This document shows positions 10,178 to 19,649 of a stretch of DNA of 64,000 nt, one piece after another. Origin of the DNA: a virus (lineage: Duplodnaviria; Caudoviricetes); the IMG/VR virus record IMGVR_UViG_3300032030_000074, positions 3,916 through 67,915 of that record; one strand, written 5' to 3'. A program made the position numbers and the translations under genes. Numbering within the stretch: position 1 is the first letter of the stretch; every line of letters starts with the position of its first letter. The notes under the pieces are model-generated. The model was given only the letters and a program-made list of their open reading frames with translations, did no database searches and was not told the origin of the DNA.

Positions 10178-11734
10178 ATGTCTATTGACCAATATACTAA
10201 ATGCTTAATGCACTTTGATAGCTCACCGACGCGCGATGAATGCGGCAACGTATGGACGGCAAGCGGAACGCCTACTATTAGCGACAATGCTAAATTCGGA
10301 AAGTCACTGGCTTTAAACTACACTGATTATATTCAATCTACAAGCGGCATTACTCTTTTTGATTCGGACTTCACCATTGACGGCTGGGCTTATATCAAAG
10401 ACCCTCTAACCATTCAAAACGAAGATGAAATTACGGATTACTATGAGCCAGATTCTAGATTTCACTCTTTCAGTACGCTGTTTTCTTTCTTTCAAAACTT
10501 CTCACCCGAAGCTAGAAAAAATCGTTTCCACCTTGAAGCTGATAATTATTTAAAAACGTTTACGCTTAGTCGTTATGACGAAACACAAGGCGCGACAGCA
10601 ACTCTTAAGGTTCCATTAGACAGAAAAGGGATGAATTATAAAGAAATATCCTACTACGAATACAAGTCACTTTTTAATACTTACCCAAATGGCATTTCAG
10701 TGCCTTATGACCAATGGTTCCACTTTGCAGTTGTATTCTCGTATTCAACTCCTTCGTTGAACTTTTTTATTAATGGCGTTAGTCAATATGTATATACTCC
10801 TACCGACGAGGAAAAAATTGCTTTACTTAGAACTCCTATCACATATACTTATTTGGCTATCGGGTTTGAAAATACCACTGAAACCGCAGGATTTGTCGGC
10901 AACGTTGATGAATTTCGTATTTTAAAAGGCGCAGCATGTTGGGAAAATGATTTTACGCCGCCTTACAAGCCTTATACCGACCCCATGACAATTCCGACAC
11001 TTGAACATTTGACAAATACGCTTAAACGCATTAACGACAATATCACTGCAAAATGTGACACGATTGAGGTAAATTTAGCCGACTATATCAAAAAAGTAGA
11101 GGCTAGTAGCACGTACATTGCTAAAGCTGAATTGTCAATTATATTGCGGGATTACATGCGTGATTACAAAAACAATGCTTTAAATCCTGAATTATCACTT
11201 AGCACTGATACTGCCGTAATCGTTGCCACTTACAGTGACACTGTTGATGTATCAAGCGTCAGCAACGGTGCTATTTCTGCTAAGTCCGCTGATACTAACA
11301 TTGCAACTGTTTCTGTCAATGACCAACAACTTACTATTACCGGCGTTGCCAGCGGCACTACTACTGCAACTGTTACCATTGACACTACCGATACTTATGC
11401 CTCCGATTCAATAGTTTTACCTATCACGATTGAAAACCAAATATCAAAAAACCCGTCATTTAGTTTGTCGACAACAAACGTGACTGTTGAGCGGGGGTCA
11501 AGTAAAAATGTTACTTACTCTCTGACTTGGAACATCGACAAGGATTATCAAGCCACTATAAAATGTGCAGGGTTCAGCAACTGGGGAACCGTCGATACAG
11601 ACACCAAGACTATAAAACTTGCTCCGAGTACATCAGTTGCGGCTCGCTCATATTCTGGGCGTGTTCAAGCTATATGTACTTACCGACAACAAAATGCAAG
11701 TATAACCACTTATCTGACGGTTACAGTGACGTGA
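10178..11734 (+). CDS. LamG/concanavalin-like jellyroll plus Ig-like domains; putative second receptor-binding protein
   Basis: LMHFD...AKFGKSL...DFTIDGW...WFHFAVV...FFINGV...GFVGNVDEFRI...FTPP. Confidence 0.7.
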   Translation: MSIDQYTKCLMHFDSSPTRDECGNVWTASGTPTISDNAKFGKSLALNYTDYIQSTSGITLFDSDFTIDGWAYIKDPLTIQNEDEITDYYEPDSRFHSFSTLFSFFQNFSPEARKNRFHLEADNYLKTFTLSRYDETQGATATLKVPLDRKGMNYKEISYYEYKSLFNTYPNGISVPYDQWFHFAVVFSYSTPSLNFFINGVSQYVYTPTDEEKIALLRTPITYTYLAIGFENTTETAGFVGNVDEFRILKGAACWENDFTPPYKPYTDPMTIPTLEHLTNTLKRINDNITAKCDTIEVNLADYIKKVEASSTYIAKAELSIILRDYMRDYKNNALNPELSLSTDTAVIVATYSDTVDVSSVSNGAISAKSADTNIATVSVNDQQLTITGVASGTTTATVTIDTTDTYASDSIVLPITIENQISKNPSFSLSTTNVTVERGSSKNVTYSLTWNIDKDYQATIKCAGFSNWGTVDTDTKTIKLAPSTSVAARSYSGRVQAICTYRQQNASITTYLTVTVT

Positions 11735-11760
11735 TGAATTATGCGAAGGAGGTGATTTAA

Positions 11761-12015
11761 GTGGAAGATTTTATGTTAAAAACGGCGGAGTTTGGCGTTT
11801 TAGGCGTGATAACGTTTTACCTGCTTACGAAAGGCACGGCTGAAATTGACAAGCTTGCCGAATCAAATAAGCGGCTTGCAGAGGCAGTGGACAAGTTTTT
11901 TGCAAAAGTCAGCAACATTGATATCCGCGTGAACAGTATTGAATACGAGTTGCGAAGTATCGGCACGCGGCTTGATAAAATTGAGGAGTCAATTTCCGAT
12001 TTGAAAAAGGATTGA
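11761..12015 (+). CDS. YvrJ-like/holin-like single-TM protein
   Basis: Hydrophobic N-terminus FGVLGVITFYLL followed by coiled coil; upstream of the endolysin. Confidence 0.55.
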   Translation: MEDFMLKTAEFGVLGVITFYLLTKGTAEIDKLAESNKRLAEAVDKFFAKVSNIDIRVNSIEYELRSIGTRLDKIEESISDLKKD

Positions 12016-12029
12016 TGCCGTGCTATAAT
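12001..12029 (+). promoter_or_regulatory. sigma-A promoter for the tRNA
   Basis: TTGAAA (12001-06), 17 bp, TG-extended TATAAT (12024-29). Confidence 0.8.
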
Positions 12030-12037
12030 TGGCGCAA

Positions 12038-12111
12038 GGGAGTTTAGTTTAACGGTAGAATGACGGTCTCCAAAACCATTGATGAGAGTTCGATTCTTTC
12101 AGCTCCTGCCA
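12038..12111 (+). tRNA. trnW: tRNA-Trp (CCA)
   Basis: Cloverleaf: acceptor GGGAGTT/AGCTCCT, anticodon loop CT-CCA-AA, T-loop TTCGATT, encoded 3' CCA. Confidence 0.9.
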
Positions 12112-12140
12112 ATCGGAAAAATAGTAGCGGAATTTACACG

Positions 12141-12162
12141 GCACCTTCACGGTGCTTTTTTT
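12141..12162 (+). terminator. intrinsic terminator after the tRNA
   Basis: GCACC-ttcac-GGTGC followed by 7 T. Confidence 0.6.
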
Positions 12163-12181
12163 AGTTTTGGGGGTGTTTAAA

Positions 12182-12694
12182 TTGAAAGTGTTTTTAAATC
12201 CTGGACACTGCGTAGGTCTAGACAGCGGAGCTTGCGGCTACGGCATTACAGAGGCGGAGACAGCTCTTAAAATTGCGTGTAGGGTACGCGACTACCTGCT
12301 TGCCGTCAACTACGAAGTTTACCTGTTTCAGTTTGACGGCTTGGACGAGATTGTAACCGAATCAAATTTGTGGGGAGCTGATTTATTTGTGTCAATCCAC
12401 TGCAACGCGCTTGACGGCACTGTACGCGGCACCGAAACTTTTTATTGCGGCTCGTATGACGGCGAAAGACTAGCGACCTGCATACAGAATCAGATTTTGG
12501 CTAAGTTGCCGACGGTTAATCGTGGCGTCAAGGATAAAAATTTTTACGTCATAAAGTACACTGACTGCCCTGCCGTTTTGGTAGAGACCGCGTTTATTGA
12601 TAACGTCGACGACAACGCGCTTTTAGTGGAGCGGGAGGACGACTTTGCACGCGCCATCGCCTGCGGCATCACTGACTATGTTAAGGAGTTTTAA
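12182..12694 (+). CDS. endolysin, N-acetylmuramoyl-L-alanine amidase (Amidase_3)
   Basis: VFLNPGH...E...ADLFVSIHCNA...GTETF...PAVLVETAFIDN. Confidence 0.9.
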   Translation: MKVFLNPGHCVGLDSGACGYGITEAETALKIACRVRDYLLAVNYEVYLFQFDGLDEIVTESNLWGADLFVSIHCNALDGTVRGTETFYCGSYDGERLATCIQNQILAKLPTVNRGVKDKNFYVIKYTDCPAVLVETAFIDNVDDNALLVEREDDFARAIACGITDYVKEF

Positions 12695-12696
12695 AA

Positions 12697-13059
12697 ATGG
12701 ATTTTGACGAATTGGAAAGCAGAGTAACTGCGACGATTGACAGCTACGTCTGCAAAAATGAAACCGAACATAAAAAAATCAATCAGCAACTTTCAGAATT
12801 AGGAGGAGGTGGAATTATGCCGAATGAAAATAAAATCAATCCCGAGTATTATCAAGGCTCAGCTATGGCTGATTATGTTTCTGATTTTAAGCTTGACTTT
12901 GATTTAGGCAACGTCATTAAGTATGTTTCACGCGCCGGAAAAAAATTTGGAGAGAAGGCGATTGACGACCTTGAAAAAGCTAAGTGGTATTTGGATCACG
13001 CTATTAACAAAATTACAAAAAATGTTATGGAAGACGAGAAACCGGTTTGGGAAAATTGA
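12697..13059 (+). CDS. DUF3310 domain protein
   Basis: INPEYYQ...FDLGNVIKYVSRAGKK...DDLEKAKWYL; second possible start at 12817. Confidence 0.8.
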   Translation: MDFDELESRVTATIDSYVCKNETEHKKINQQLSELGGGGIMPNENKINPEYYQGSAMADYVSDFKLDFDLGNVIKYVSRAGKKFGEKAIDDLEKAKWYLDHAINKITKNVMEDEKPVWEN

Positions 13060-13116
13060 ATTTTTGAGTTATAATAATAATGCATTTGACTATTATAAGC
13101 CTTTTTTACGGCTAGT

Positions 13117-13154
13117 AAAAACCCCTGCGCTAGTTTGTGCAGGGGGCTTTTTTT
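13117..13154. terminator. bidirectional intrinsic terminator
   Basis: AAAAACCCCTGC...GCAGGGGGCTTTTTTT between convergent genes. Confidence 0.75.
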
Positions 13155-13164
13155 ATGCCTATTT

Positions 13165-13869
13165 TTAGTGACCGATTGAAATCGTTACTGATATCACGTC
13201 ACCGTTTTCTTTGTACATCGCACCGGCGCCGAATTTGCCTTTACTTTTTGGGTACACTTGCTCCAAAAGTTTACTTGACGCCTTAGCCTCATATGTAATT
13301 CCGACTTTTTTTTCTTCAACTTGAACTGTATCACTCGGCAGGAAGTCACGGGGATTTATTCCGCCTAAATAATTATTTTCCGCCAATGGTTGAAGTGTTA
13401 CTGATATTGCACGGTCGCCGTCAAACATTACCAATATGCCGTCATTGTTGTATCTTACATAATCACTACCATTACCGGAATATGCTTTAAAAGTTTTGCC
13501 AAATTCTTCACGCGTCGCACCGATACTCGGCAAGACGCTTATTTTTGACGGCAGATTATTTTGTTGTTGAGTTGTTACCGGTTGCGGCGGCGGAGTTATA
13601 TCCTGCGGCGGGGTTGACGGCAGATTATTTTGTTGTTGAGTGGTTACCGGTTGCGGCGGCGTGATATTTGGTTCGTCATAAGTTTGTGCTACTAAATTTC
13701 CGGCAAATATAAGACCAAAAACCAGCGAAATAAATATCTTAGTTTTATGTCCGTAATGAGTATATTTCCATAACAAAAAAATTCCTACGGGGGCAATAAA
13801 AATCAAAAATAAAGTTATTACCCAATTTTTTTGATACCATTCATTTTGTGAATCATTATTTTCTTGCAA
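13165..13869 (-). CDS. membrane-anchored protein, superinfection-exclusion-like position
   Basis: N-terminal TM segments (WYQKNWVITLFLIFIAPVGIFLLW); duplicated PQPVTTQQQNNLPS linker with 69 bp period; downstream of the repressor. Confidence 0.65.
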   Translation of the reverse strand: MQENNDSQNEWYQKNWVITLFLIFIAPVGIFLLWKYTHYGHKTKIFISLVFGLIFAGNLVAQTYDEPNITPPQPVTTQQQNNLPSTPPQDITPPPQPVTTQQQNNLPSKISVLPSIGATREEFGKTFKAYSGNGSDYVRYNNDGILVMFDGDRAISVTLQPLAENNYLGGINPRDFLPSDTVQVEEKKVGITYEAKASSKLLEQVYPKSKGKFGAGAMYKENGDVISVTISIGH

Positions 13870-13980
13870 TGCTATCACTCCTTCCAAAAAAAAGAAATCA
13901 CCTTCAAACGGAGGTGATTTTATTATATAGCACTGAAAATTTTATGAATGATTCCTATTTTTTGTGGAAATTTTGAATTG

Positions 13981-14334
13981 CTATCCAGCTTCGTCCAATG
14001 ACTTCTTTTGCAAAATTTTTTTAGTATGTTTGGTATAAATGTAGTCAAGATAATTGCCGACTTCCGCTTTTTCCGAATCATTCAACGCACGGAATTTTGA
14101 AATAATTTCTTGCTCGGTCTCGTCCAATTCAACCTTTACCAACCTGCCAACAAGTTCATCAAGCGTGACGTTAAGGGCGTCCGCTATTGCTATCGCCTTG
14201 TCTAAAGACGGGCTCGCCTTGCCGGTTGCATAGTTTGAAATTAAAGCCGATGAAATTCCCGTAATTTTACAAACGTCAGCTTGCGTCATTCCTTTTTCTT
14301 TCAACAACTCAGTAATTCTGTTTTTAAATTCCAT
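13981..14334 (-). CDS. CI-like XRE repressor
   Basis: HTH MTQADVCKITGISSALISNYATGKASPSLDKAIAIADAL; divergent from the Cro-like gene. Confidence 0.85.
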   Translation of the reverse strand: MEFKNRITELLKEKGMTQADVCKITGISSALISNYATGKASPSLDKAIAIADALNVTLDELVGRLVKVELDETEQEIISKFRALNDSEKAEVGNYLDYIYTKHTKKILQKKSLDEAG

Positions 14335-14360
14335 TTTATTTTCACCTGCCTTTCACGCTT

Positions 14361-14450
14361 ATACTAAATATATTTAGCGATTCTGTCAAGATTTTTATTG
14401 ACAGACTAAAAATCTTTAGTATAATGACACAAAAAACTAAATATATTTAG
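14361..14450. promoter_or_regulatory. lysis-lysogeny switch: divergent promoters and three 14 bp operators
   Basis: CTAAATATATTTAG at 14364 and 14437, CTAAAAATCTTTAG at 14406; plus TTGACA(14398)-16-TATAAT(14420); minus TTGACA(14389)-17-TAGTAT. Confidence 0.8.
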
Positions 14451-14466
14451 CAAAGGAGTGAAATAA

Positions 14467-14673
14467 ATGTTTGAAAATCTCAAAGCGGAAATGGCACGCA
14501 ATCACAAAAACAACAATGACGTAAGCAAAATTTTGGGCATTTCTGCCAATGCGGTAAGTTTTAAGCTTACCGGTAAAACGCCGTTTACCCTTCACGAAAT
14601 TTGGAAACTTGCGGACGAATTTAAATGCTCTATGGATTATTTGGCTGGCAGAAAATCTAATTCCGGTTCATAA
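14467..14673 (+). CDS. Cro-like HTH regulator
   Basis: 68 aa; VSKILGISANAVSFKLTGKTPFTLHE. Confidence 0.8.
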   Translation: MFENLKAEMARNHKNNNDVSKILGISANAVSFKLTGKTPFTLHEIWKLADEFKCSMDYLAGRKSNSGS

Positions 14674-14698
14674 AACAAAAAAATAAAGGAGAATCACG

Positions 14699-15430
14699 AT
14701 GAGCAAAAAGAAGAAGGAAAAGAATTTGGAAACCGCGTTGCAAGTCTACGTTAATGACGCATTCGGCAAAATTCGCGCTATGCTGATTGATGACAAACCT
14801 TACTTTGTCGGCAAGGACGTTGCGACGGCGCTGGGATATACCAATTCGCGTAAAGCTTTGCGTGACCACGTAGATGAAGAAGATACAAGGGAGGAACGAA
14901 TCGTTACTCCCTCTGGTACACAAGCTACAAAACTGATAAACGAATCAGGCTTGTACAGTTTAATCCTTAGTTCAAAGTTGCCGAGTGCAAAGACGTTCAA
15001 ACGTTGGGTGACGTCGGAGGTTTTACCGTCAATCCGTGAAACCGGTACTTACACCGTCGACAAAAATTATCAACGTTACCTTGAAACACACGCTGCCTAT
15101 TTAATTTCACGGCATTCAGAAACCGACACTATCAAGCTTTTCATAGAGTATGCACGAGCGCAGGGTTGCACGTGGGAAGAAAGTTGCATCTACGCAAAAA
15201 TTACTATTTGGTGCAACGTCGGAGCGGGCTTGCCGCAAAAGGGCGGACGCGGCGGAGCAACAATTCAACAACTTAACACCATTGACCTGCTTGAAGGCAC
15301 GGTCGTCAAAAACGTTTTAACTAACGGTATGACGGAGGGACTCCATTGGACGCAGATTTTAGCGCGAGTTGAACAACAAATTAACGCCTTTTTGCAGATC
15401 ACCTTTCAGACGCCGGCATTACTCAAATAA
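14699..15430 (+). CDS. BRO-N antirepressor
   Basis: FGKIRAMLIDDKPYFVGKDVATALGY...INESGLYSLILSSKLPSAKTFKRWVTSEVLPSIR. Confidence 0.9.
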   Translation: MSKKKKEKNLETALQVYVNDAFGKIRAMLIDDKPYFVGKDVATALGYTNSRKALRDHVDEEDTREERIVTPSGTQATKLINESGLYSLILSSKLPSAKTFKRWVTSEVLPSIRETGTYTVDKNYQRYLETHAAYLISRHSETDTIKLFIEYARAQGCTWEESCIYAKITIWCNVGAGLPQKGGRGGATIQQLNTIDLLEGTVVKNVLTNGMTEGLHWTQILARVEQQINAFLQITFQTPALLK

Positions 15431-15585
15431 ATTTTCTTAAAAAAAATCGAACAACGGTCACAATAGCCGATTAAGGCGCCACACCGTAACCGGCTATTGA
15501 AACAGTTGCTCATAAATTAAGACCTCTCACAAAAATTGTTTTCTACCGCCGTACCCCTTAAGCCAACGGCGGCAGACGAGAATTT

Positions 15586-15846
15586 TTGGAAAGGAGAAAC
15601 AGAATGACAAAAAAGACAACTTATGACGTCGTGACGGACGTTGACAATGGCGTTTACTCGGTCGTCGACATTGCCGCCAACGCAATTTACATTTACGCCG
15701 AAAACACCTGCAAGCTTGTCGGTGTTATCAAAAATGCCGGTAGAAAACTTAGCTATCACGACCAAATTGCAAAGACACGTAAAGCACTTGACGTTTTTCA
15801 AGGTGTTGCCAAGCTTAACGGCAAGCACAAAAAACACGCGGCGTAG
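15586..15846 (+). CDS. hypothetical protein
   Basis: ORF; likely start at ATG 15602 behind RBS aaggag. Confidence 0.5.
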   Translation: MERRNRMTKKTTYDVVTDVDNGVYSVVDIAANAIYIYAENTCKLVGVIKNAGRKLSYHDQIAKTRKALDVFQGVAKLNGKHKKHAA

Positions 15847-15858
15847 GAGGTAGTTCAT

Positions 15859-16122
15859 ATGACTACAGAGGAGCGCATTGAAAATTTAGAAAAGCGCGTC
15901 AAGGTGCTTGAAAACTTGCTTAAGCTTACGGCGGTTGATGATTGGATTGAAAAAGAATCAGCGAAAATTGCGCTTGTCGAAAAGGTTATCACCGAATCAG
16001 ACGACGATTCCGCTAAAAATGCCTTTATCTTCAATAAGGAGGTTGTGGAGTTCGTCAAGACGTGGTCTGATAACGTCCATACAATTTTGGATATCGGCTT
16101 AGATAAGGAGATTGAAAAATGA
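15859..16122 (+). CDS. hypothetical protein
   Basis: RBS aggagg; 87 aa. Confidence 0.55.
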   Translation: MTTEERIENLEKRVKVLENLLKLTAVDDWIEKESAKIALVEKVITESDDDSAKNAFIFNKEVVEFVKTWSDNVHTILDIGLDKEIEK

Positions 16123-17027
16123 AATTTGAAAAGTATCAGCACGTCGAAAAGCTCGGCACCCCTGCGACAGAGGGCATTTTAAACGGCGAAGTTTATATCT
16201 TCTCTAAGCTTGACGGCACCAACACGAGCGTCTATCTCAATGAAGACGGCGAAATTGAAGTTGCAAGCCGTAACCGCGTCTTGACGCCGGAACACGATAA
16301 CGCAGGAGCTTATGCCGCCTTACATTCGCAGGATAAATTCAAGCGCTTTTTTGCCGAGTATCCTAATTGGCGGCTTTATGGCGAATGGCTTATTCCAAAC
16401 GTCATTCGCAAATATCGCGATGACGCTTGGAATAAGTTTTACGTTTTTGACGTCGTGAACGAAAACGGCAAGTACATTCCTTATTTTGATTATGCACCGA
16501 TTTTAAACAATTTTTGGACTCCAAATGATTTTGGTATCGAATGGATCCCCTTAATTGCAAGGCTCACTAACCCCGACACGGAAGACGTTATGCAACAGCT
16601 TGAAAACTGCAACTACTTAGTCAAAGACGACACGCCTGGTGAAGGCATCGTCATTAAAAATTATGACTTTGTAAACAAATTCGGTCGTACGACGTGGGCT
16701 AAGATTGTTCGCGCAGAAGCTAAGAAAGCCGCTAAAAAAACCAGCACGCCGCCGATTGTTGGGCGCTCGGTGGAATGTGATATCGTCGACCACTTTGTCA
16801 CATCGGCATTAGTGGAAAAAGAATTTTCCAAAATCGTGAATGAAAACGGCGGGCAGTTTGAAAATAAGCTTGTCGGCAAATTTTTGGGCGTCCTGTGGTA
16901 CACGTTTATAACAGAAGAAATGTTCAACGTCCTGCGCAAATTTAAAAATCCGACTATCAATTTCAAGCTGTTACACAAAATGGTAGTTGACCGCGCCAAA
17001 GACATTAAAGCTGATATCTTCAGTTAG
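16119..17027 (+). CDS. RNA ligase (Rnl2-like nucleotidyltransferase)
   Basis: Motifs KLDGTN, LYGEW, FYVFDV, EGIVIK, WAKIV. Confidence 0.8.
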   Translation: MKFEKYQHVEKLGTPATEGILNGEVYIFSKLDGTNTSVYLNEDGEIEVASRNRVLTPEHDNAGAYAALHSQDKFKRFFAEYPNWRLYGEWLIPNVIRKYRDDAWNKFYVFDVVNENGKYIPYFDYAPILNNFWTPNDFGIEWIPLIARLTNPDTEDVMQQLENCNYLVKDDTPGEGIVIKNYDFVNKFGRTTWAKIVRAEAKKAAKKTSTPPIVGRSVECDIVDHFVTSALVEKEFSKIVNENGGQFENKLVGKFLGVLWYTFITEEMFNVLRKFKNPTINFKLLHKMVVDRAKDIKADIFS

Positions 17028-17042
17028 GGTGGTGCTGCCGGA

Positions 17043-17993
17043 ATGATTGAAGGTACTAATTTGCTTTTTGATATAAAAAATGAAAAAGCGTATTTGGATG
17101 GCGTCGAAGTTACGAGGGATTCCATTCAGCAGTACGTTGGAACAGAAATTGAAGTTGATAGATGGGGTGGAACGGAGAAAAGACGCGAATACGAAATGTG
17201 GGACAATTTAGAATTTCGTGGCATTGAAAAAATTGAAAATAATTACATTTATTATTGTAGAGGATTTGCTTATTACCATGATATCTATGGCACTTACATA
17301 ATCAGTTTTAATCACGACGGGCATTACAAAATAACGCCTATATTGCCGCAAAGCCTTCGTCAAGTGTTTTGGCGGAACGGAGCTGAAAGGCACAATCGAT
17401 ATCACCGTATTTTAATGCGTGGCATACGTAAACCGCACCCTAGTTATCCCAATGACAAAGAATGTACGGTCTATATACACGGTGATTGTTACCTTCCTAT
17501 GACAAATGACGTGAATCCTCCTAGTATCATAAATGTTAATGAGTGTGAATCCTTCTATAAAATTGACAAATCGACACTTGAACAACTTGTCAGTGAAGTC
17601 CCTGAAATTTGGGTACCGTTACGTTATCGTGCAAAACCCGCAAATTTAGACGCCGCACGAGTTTATACACCTAAACCGCCTTCTCAAAATGCTAATCCTG
17701 ATGACAAAAGTTGTGTATATGTTTTTGAGTTTTCGGACGGGCTTGTAAAAATCGGCGTTAGTAGCAATCCTGAACGCAGAATGAGAAATTTAATCAGCGG
17801 TGGGGGCAGAGCCGTTACCAATCATTTTGAAAGTGAATTTGTACCTACATCAAAAGCGTTTGAGATTGAAAAAGCTATGCATAAATTTTTTCAAAAAAAT
17901 CGCGGCATAGGAGAATATTTTAATATCAAATTTTATGACGCTTGCGCCAAACTTTGGGATTTTTTTTATTTAGAGGAGGACGAAAATGCGTAA
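17043..17993 (+). CDS. protein with C-terminal T5orf172/GIY-YIG-like domain
   Basis: VYVFEFSDGLVKIGVSSNPERR...EIEKAMHKFF...GEYF. Confidence 0.7.
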   Translation: MIEGTNLLFDIKNEKAYLDGVEVTRDSIQQYVGTEIEVDRWGGTEKRREYEMWDNLEFRGIEKIENNYIYYCRGFAYYHDIYGTYIISFNHDGHYKITPILPQSLRQVFWRNGAERHNRYHRILMRGIRKPHPSYPNDKECTVYIHGDCYLPMTNDVNPPSIINVNECESFYKIDKSTLEQLVSEVPEIWVPLRYRAKPANLDAARVYTPKPPSQNANPDDKSCVYVFEFSDGLVKIGVSSNPERRMRNLISGGGRAVTNHFESEFVPTSKAFEIEKAMHKFFQKNRGIGEYFNIKFYDACAKLWDFFYLEEDENA

Positions 17994-18207
17994 CATACCT
18001 TTTAAATTTCGCGGCATCATCGTTGATGAACAAAAACAGGTTTATGGTACGAACATCGCTCAAAGTCGCGATGGCAGATTTTTTATCGGTGAAGATTACA
18101 CCAATGAAAACTATGAGGTTTATCCTGATTCGGTCGGACAACTCATCGGCTACGATGAAAAAGGCTTTGAAATGTATAACGGAAACCCCGATTGGTGGAA
18201 CAATTAA
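17986..18207 (+). CDS. short YopX-like protein
   Basis: IPFKFRG...VYPDSVGQLIGYDEKGFEMY. Confidence 0.6.
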   Translation: MRNIPFKFRGIIVDEQKQVYGTNIAQSRDGRFFIGEDYTNENYEVYPDSVGQLIGYDEKGFEMYNGNPDWWNN

Positions 18208-18267
18208 AATCTTTCCAAAAAAGAATAACCGCAGAATAGTTTTTATAGTTTTCAAGGAGATGAGTTA

Positions 18268-18993
18268 ATGAGTATTGGTATTTTAGTTTTTGGCGCACCA
18301 GGCGCCGGTAAAACGTCCGCCGCACGAACGCTTGACCCTGCGACTACCGTAATTTTGGACGCCGACGTTAAAAACGGCTTGCCGTGGCAAGGTTGGCGCA
18401 AGCAATATTCCAAAGACAAGGGCAATTACTTTACGCTGTCACCTTATACCAAAAAGGGCGGCTTGGATAGCAAAGGCGTTTTAGATCGCATTATATCTGC
18501 TATCGAGACTTACGGCACGAAGGACGAATACAAAAACGTCCGCACGCTGATTGTTGACGGTTTTAACAACGCTATGCTTGACGAGACCGTCAATTACAAA
18601 AAGCGCACTAACTCTAACAACAAATTTGAGATTTACGAATCACTCCGCGACAAAGTTTATTCAATTTTAATGTCGGCTAAGACGACGCGGGATAACCTTT
18701 TTGTGGTATTCAATGCGCACGTTGCAGTGGCAGACCCTTACTCGGCTAATGACTACGATCATATGTTTAGCCCTGGCAAGGCGGTTGAAAAGTACGTACA
18801 GCCGGAAGGTCAATTTCTCTACGTGTTTTACGCTAAGTCAAAGCGCGACGAGGACGGCAAAGTACAGCGTTGGTTTGAAACCGTTGCCGACAAGTCCACT
18901 GCACGCGCACCCGACGGTTGTTTTGATGAGGGTATTCCCAATGATTTACAGTTTATCATTAATCGCATAACCGAATTTGAAGGAGTTGAGTAA
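18268..18993 (+). CDS. P-loop ATPase (AAA_24/Sak4-like recombination protein)
   Basis: GAPGAGKT Walker A, LIVDG Walker B; followed by SSB-like gene. Confidence 0.75.
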   Translation: MSIGILVFGAPGAGKTSAARTLDPATTVILDADVKNGLPWQGWRKQYSKDKGNYFTLSPYTKKGGLDSKGVLDRIISAIETYGTKDEYKNVRTLIVDGFNNAMLDETVNYKKRTNSNNKFEIYESLRDKVYSILMSAKTTRDNLFVVFNAHVAVADPYSANDYDHMFSPGKAVEKYVQPEGQFLYVFYAKSKRDEDGKVQRWFETVADKSTARAPDGCFDEGIPNDLQFIINRITEFEGVE

Positions 18994-18994
18994 C

Positions 18995-19558
18995 GTGATT
19001 AATTTGGGCGACGACTACGGCAACATTAAACCCTTGCAAGAAGGCGAGATAGAGCGCCTTCCGGCAGGAGGTTATGTCTGTATCGTGCTTTTTGCGCAGG
19101 TAAAAAACACTAAAAACGGCAAGCCGATGTTGGTGTTGTCACTTGATATCGCAGAGGGCAAGTACGCCAAATTTTATGCCAACGTCGATAATTATTCACC
19201 GCGCATTTTTAGGACGATTCACGACAAAGACGGCAAGGTTTCACCGTTTTTCAAGGGCTTACTTGACAATTTCGAGCAGTCCAATAGCGACCTTAAAATT
19301 GAGTTTCCGTATTTTGACGAAACAAAACTCAAAAATAAAAAAATCGGCGTAATTTTCGGCGAGGAAGAATACCTTTCAAATGGCGAGGTTAAGACGTCAA
19401 TTAAGCCGGTTCGCACGACGACGGTTGAAAATATTCGTAACGGCAAATTTAAAGTGCCGGAGCCTAAAAAATTAAATCCTGCCGACAAGCCGACTACCGG
19501 AAAAATTGATGAAGACTTTGCAGGAGAACCAGTGGACGATATACCCTTGCCGTTTTAG
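18995..19558 (+). CDS. DUF669-like single-stranded DNA-binding protein
   Basis: LPAGGYVCIV...KNGKPMLVLSLDI..EG..; acidic tail ending DDIPLPF. Confidence 0.7.
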   Translation: MINLGDDYGNIKPLQEGEIERLPAGGYVCIVLFAQVKNTKNGKPMLVLSLDIAEGKYAKFYANVDNYSPRIFRTIHDKDGKVSPFFKGLLDNFEQSNSDLKIEFPYFDETKLKNKKIGVIFGEEEYLSNGEVKTSIKPVRTTTVENIRNGKFKVPEPKKLNPADKPTTGKIDEDFAGEPVDDIPLPF

Positions 19559-19649
19559 ATAACGTCTAATTAAAGCATATAAATTTGATGTAGGCACGGT
19601 GTTTCGGACAGACAGCGCCGTACCTATAGACTTAATGGAGGTGATTCGT

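Noticed and set aside
18268-18993. ParA partition ATPase
   Set aside because: It has an ordinary GxxGxGKT Walker A rather than the deviant KGGxGK, and sits in a recombination module next to an SSB-like gene.
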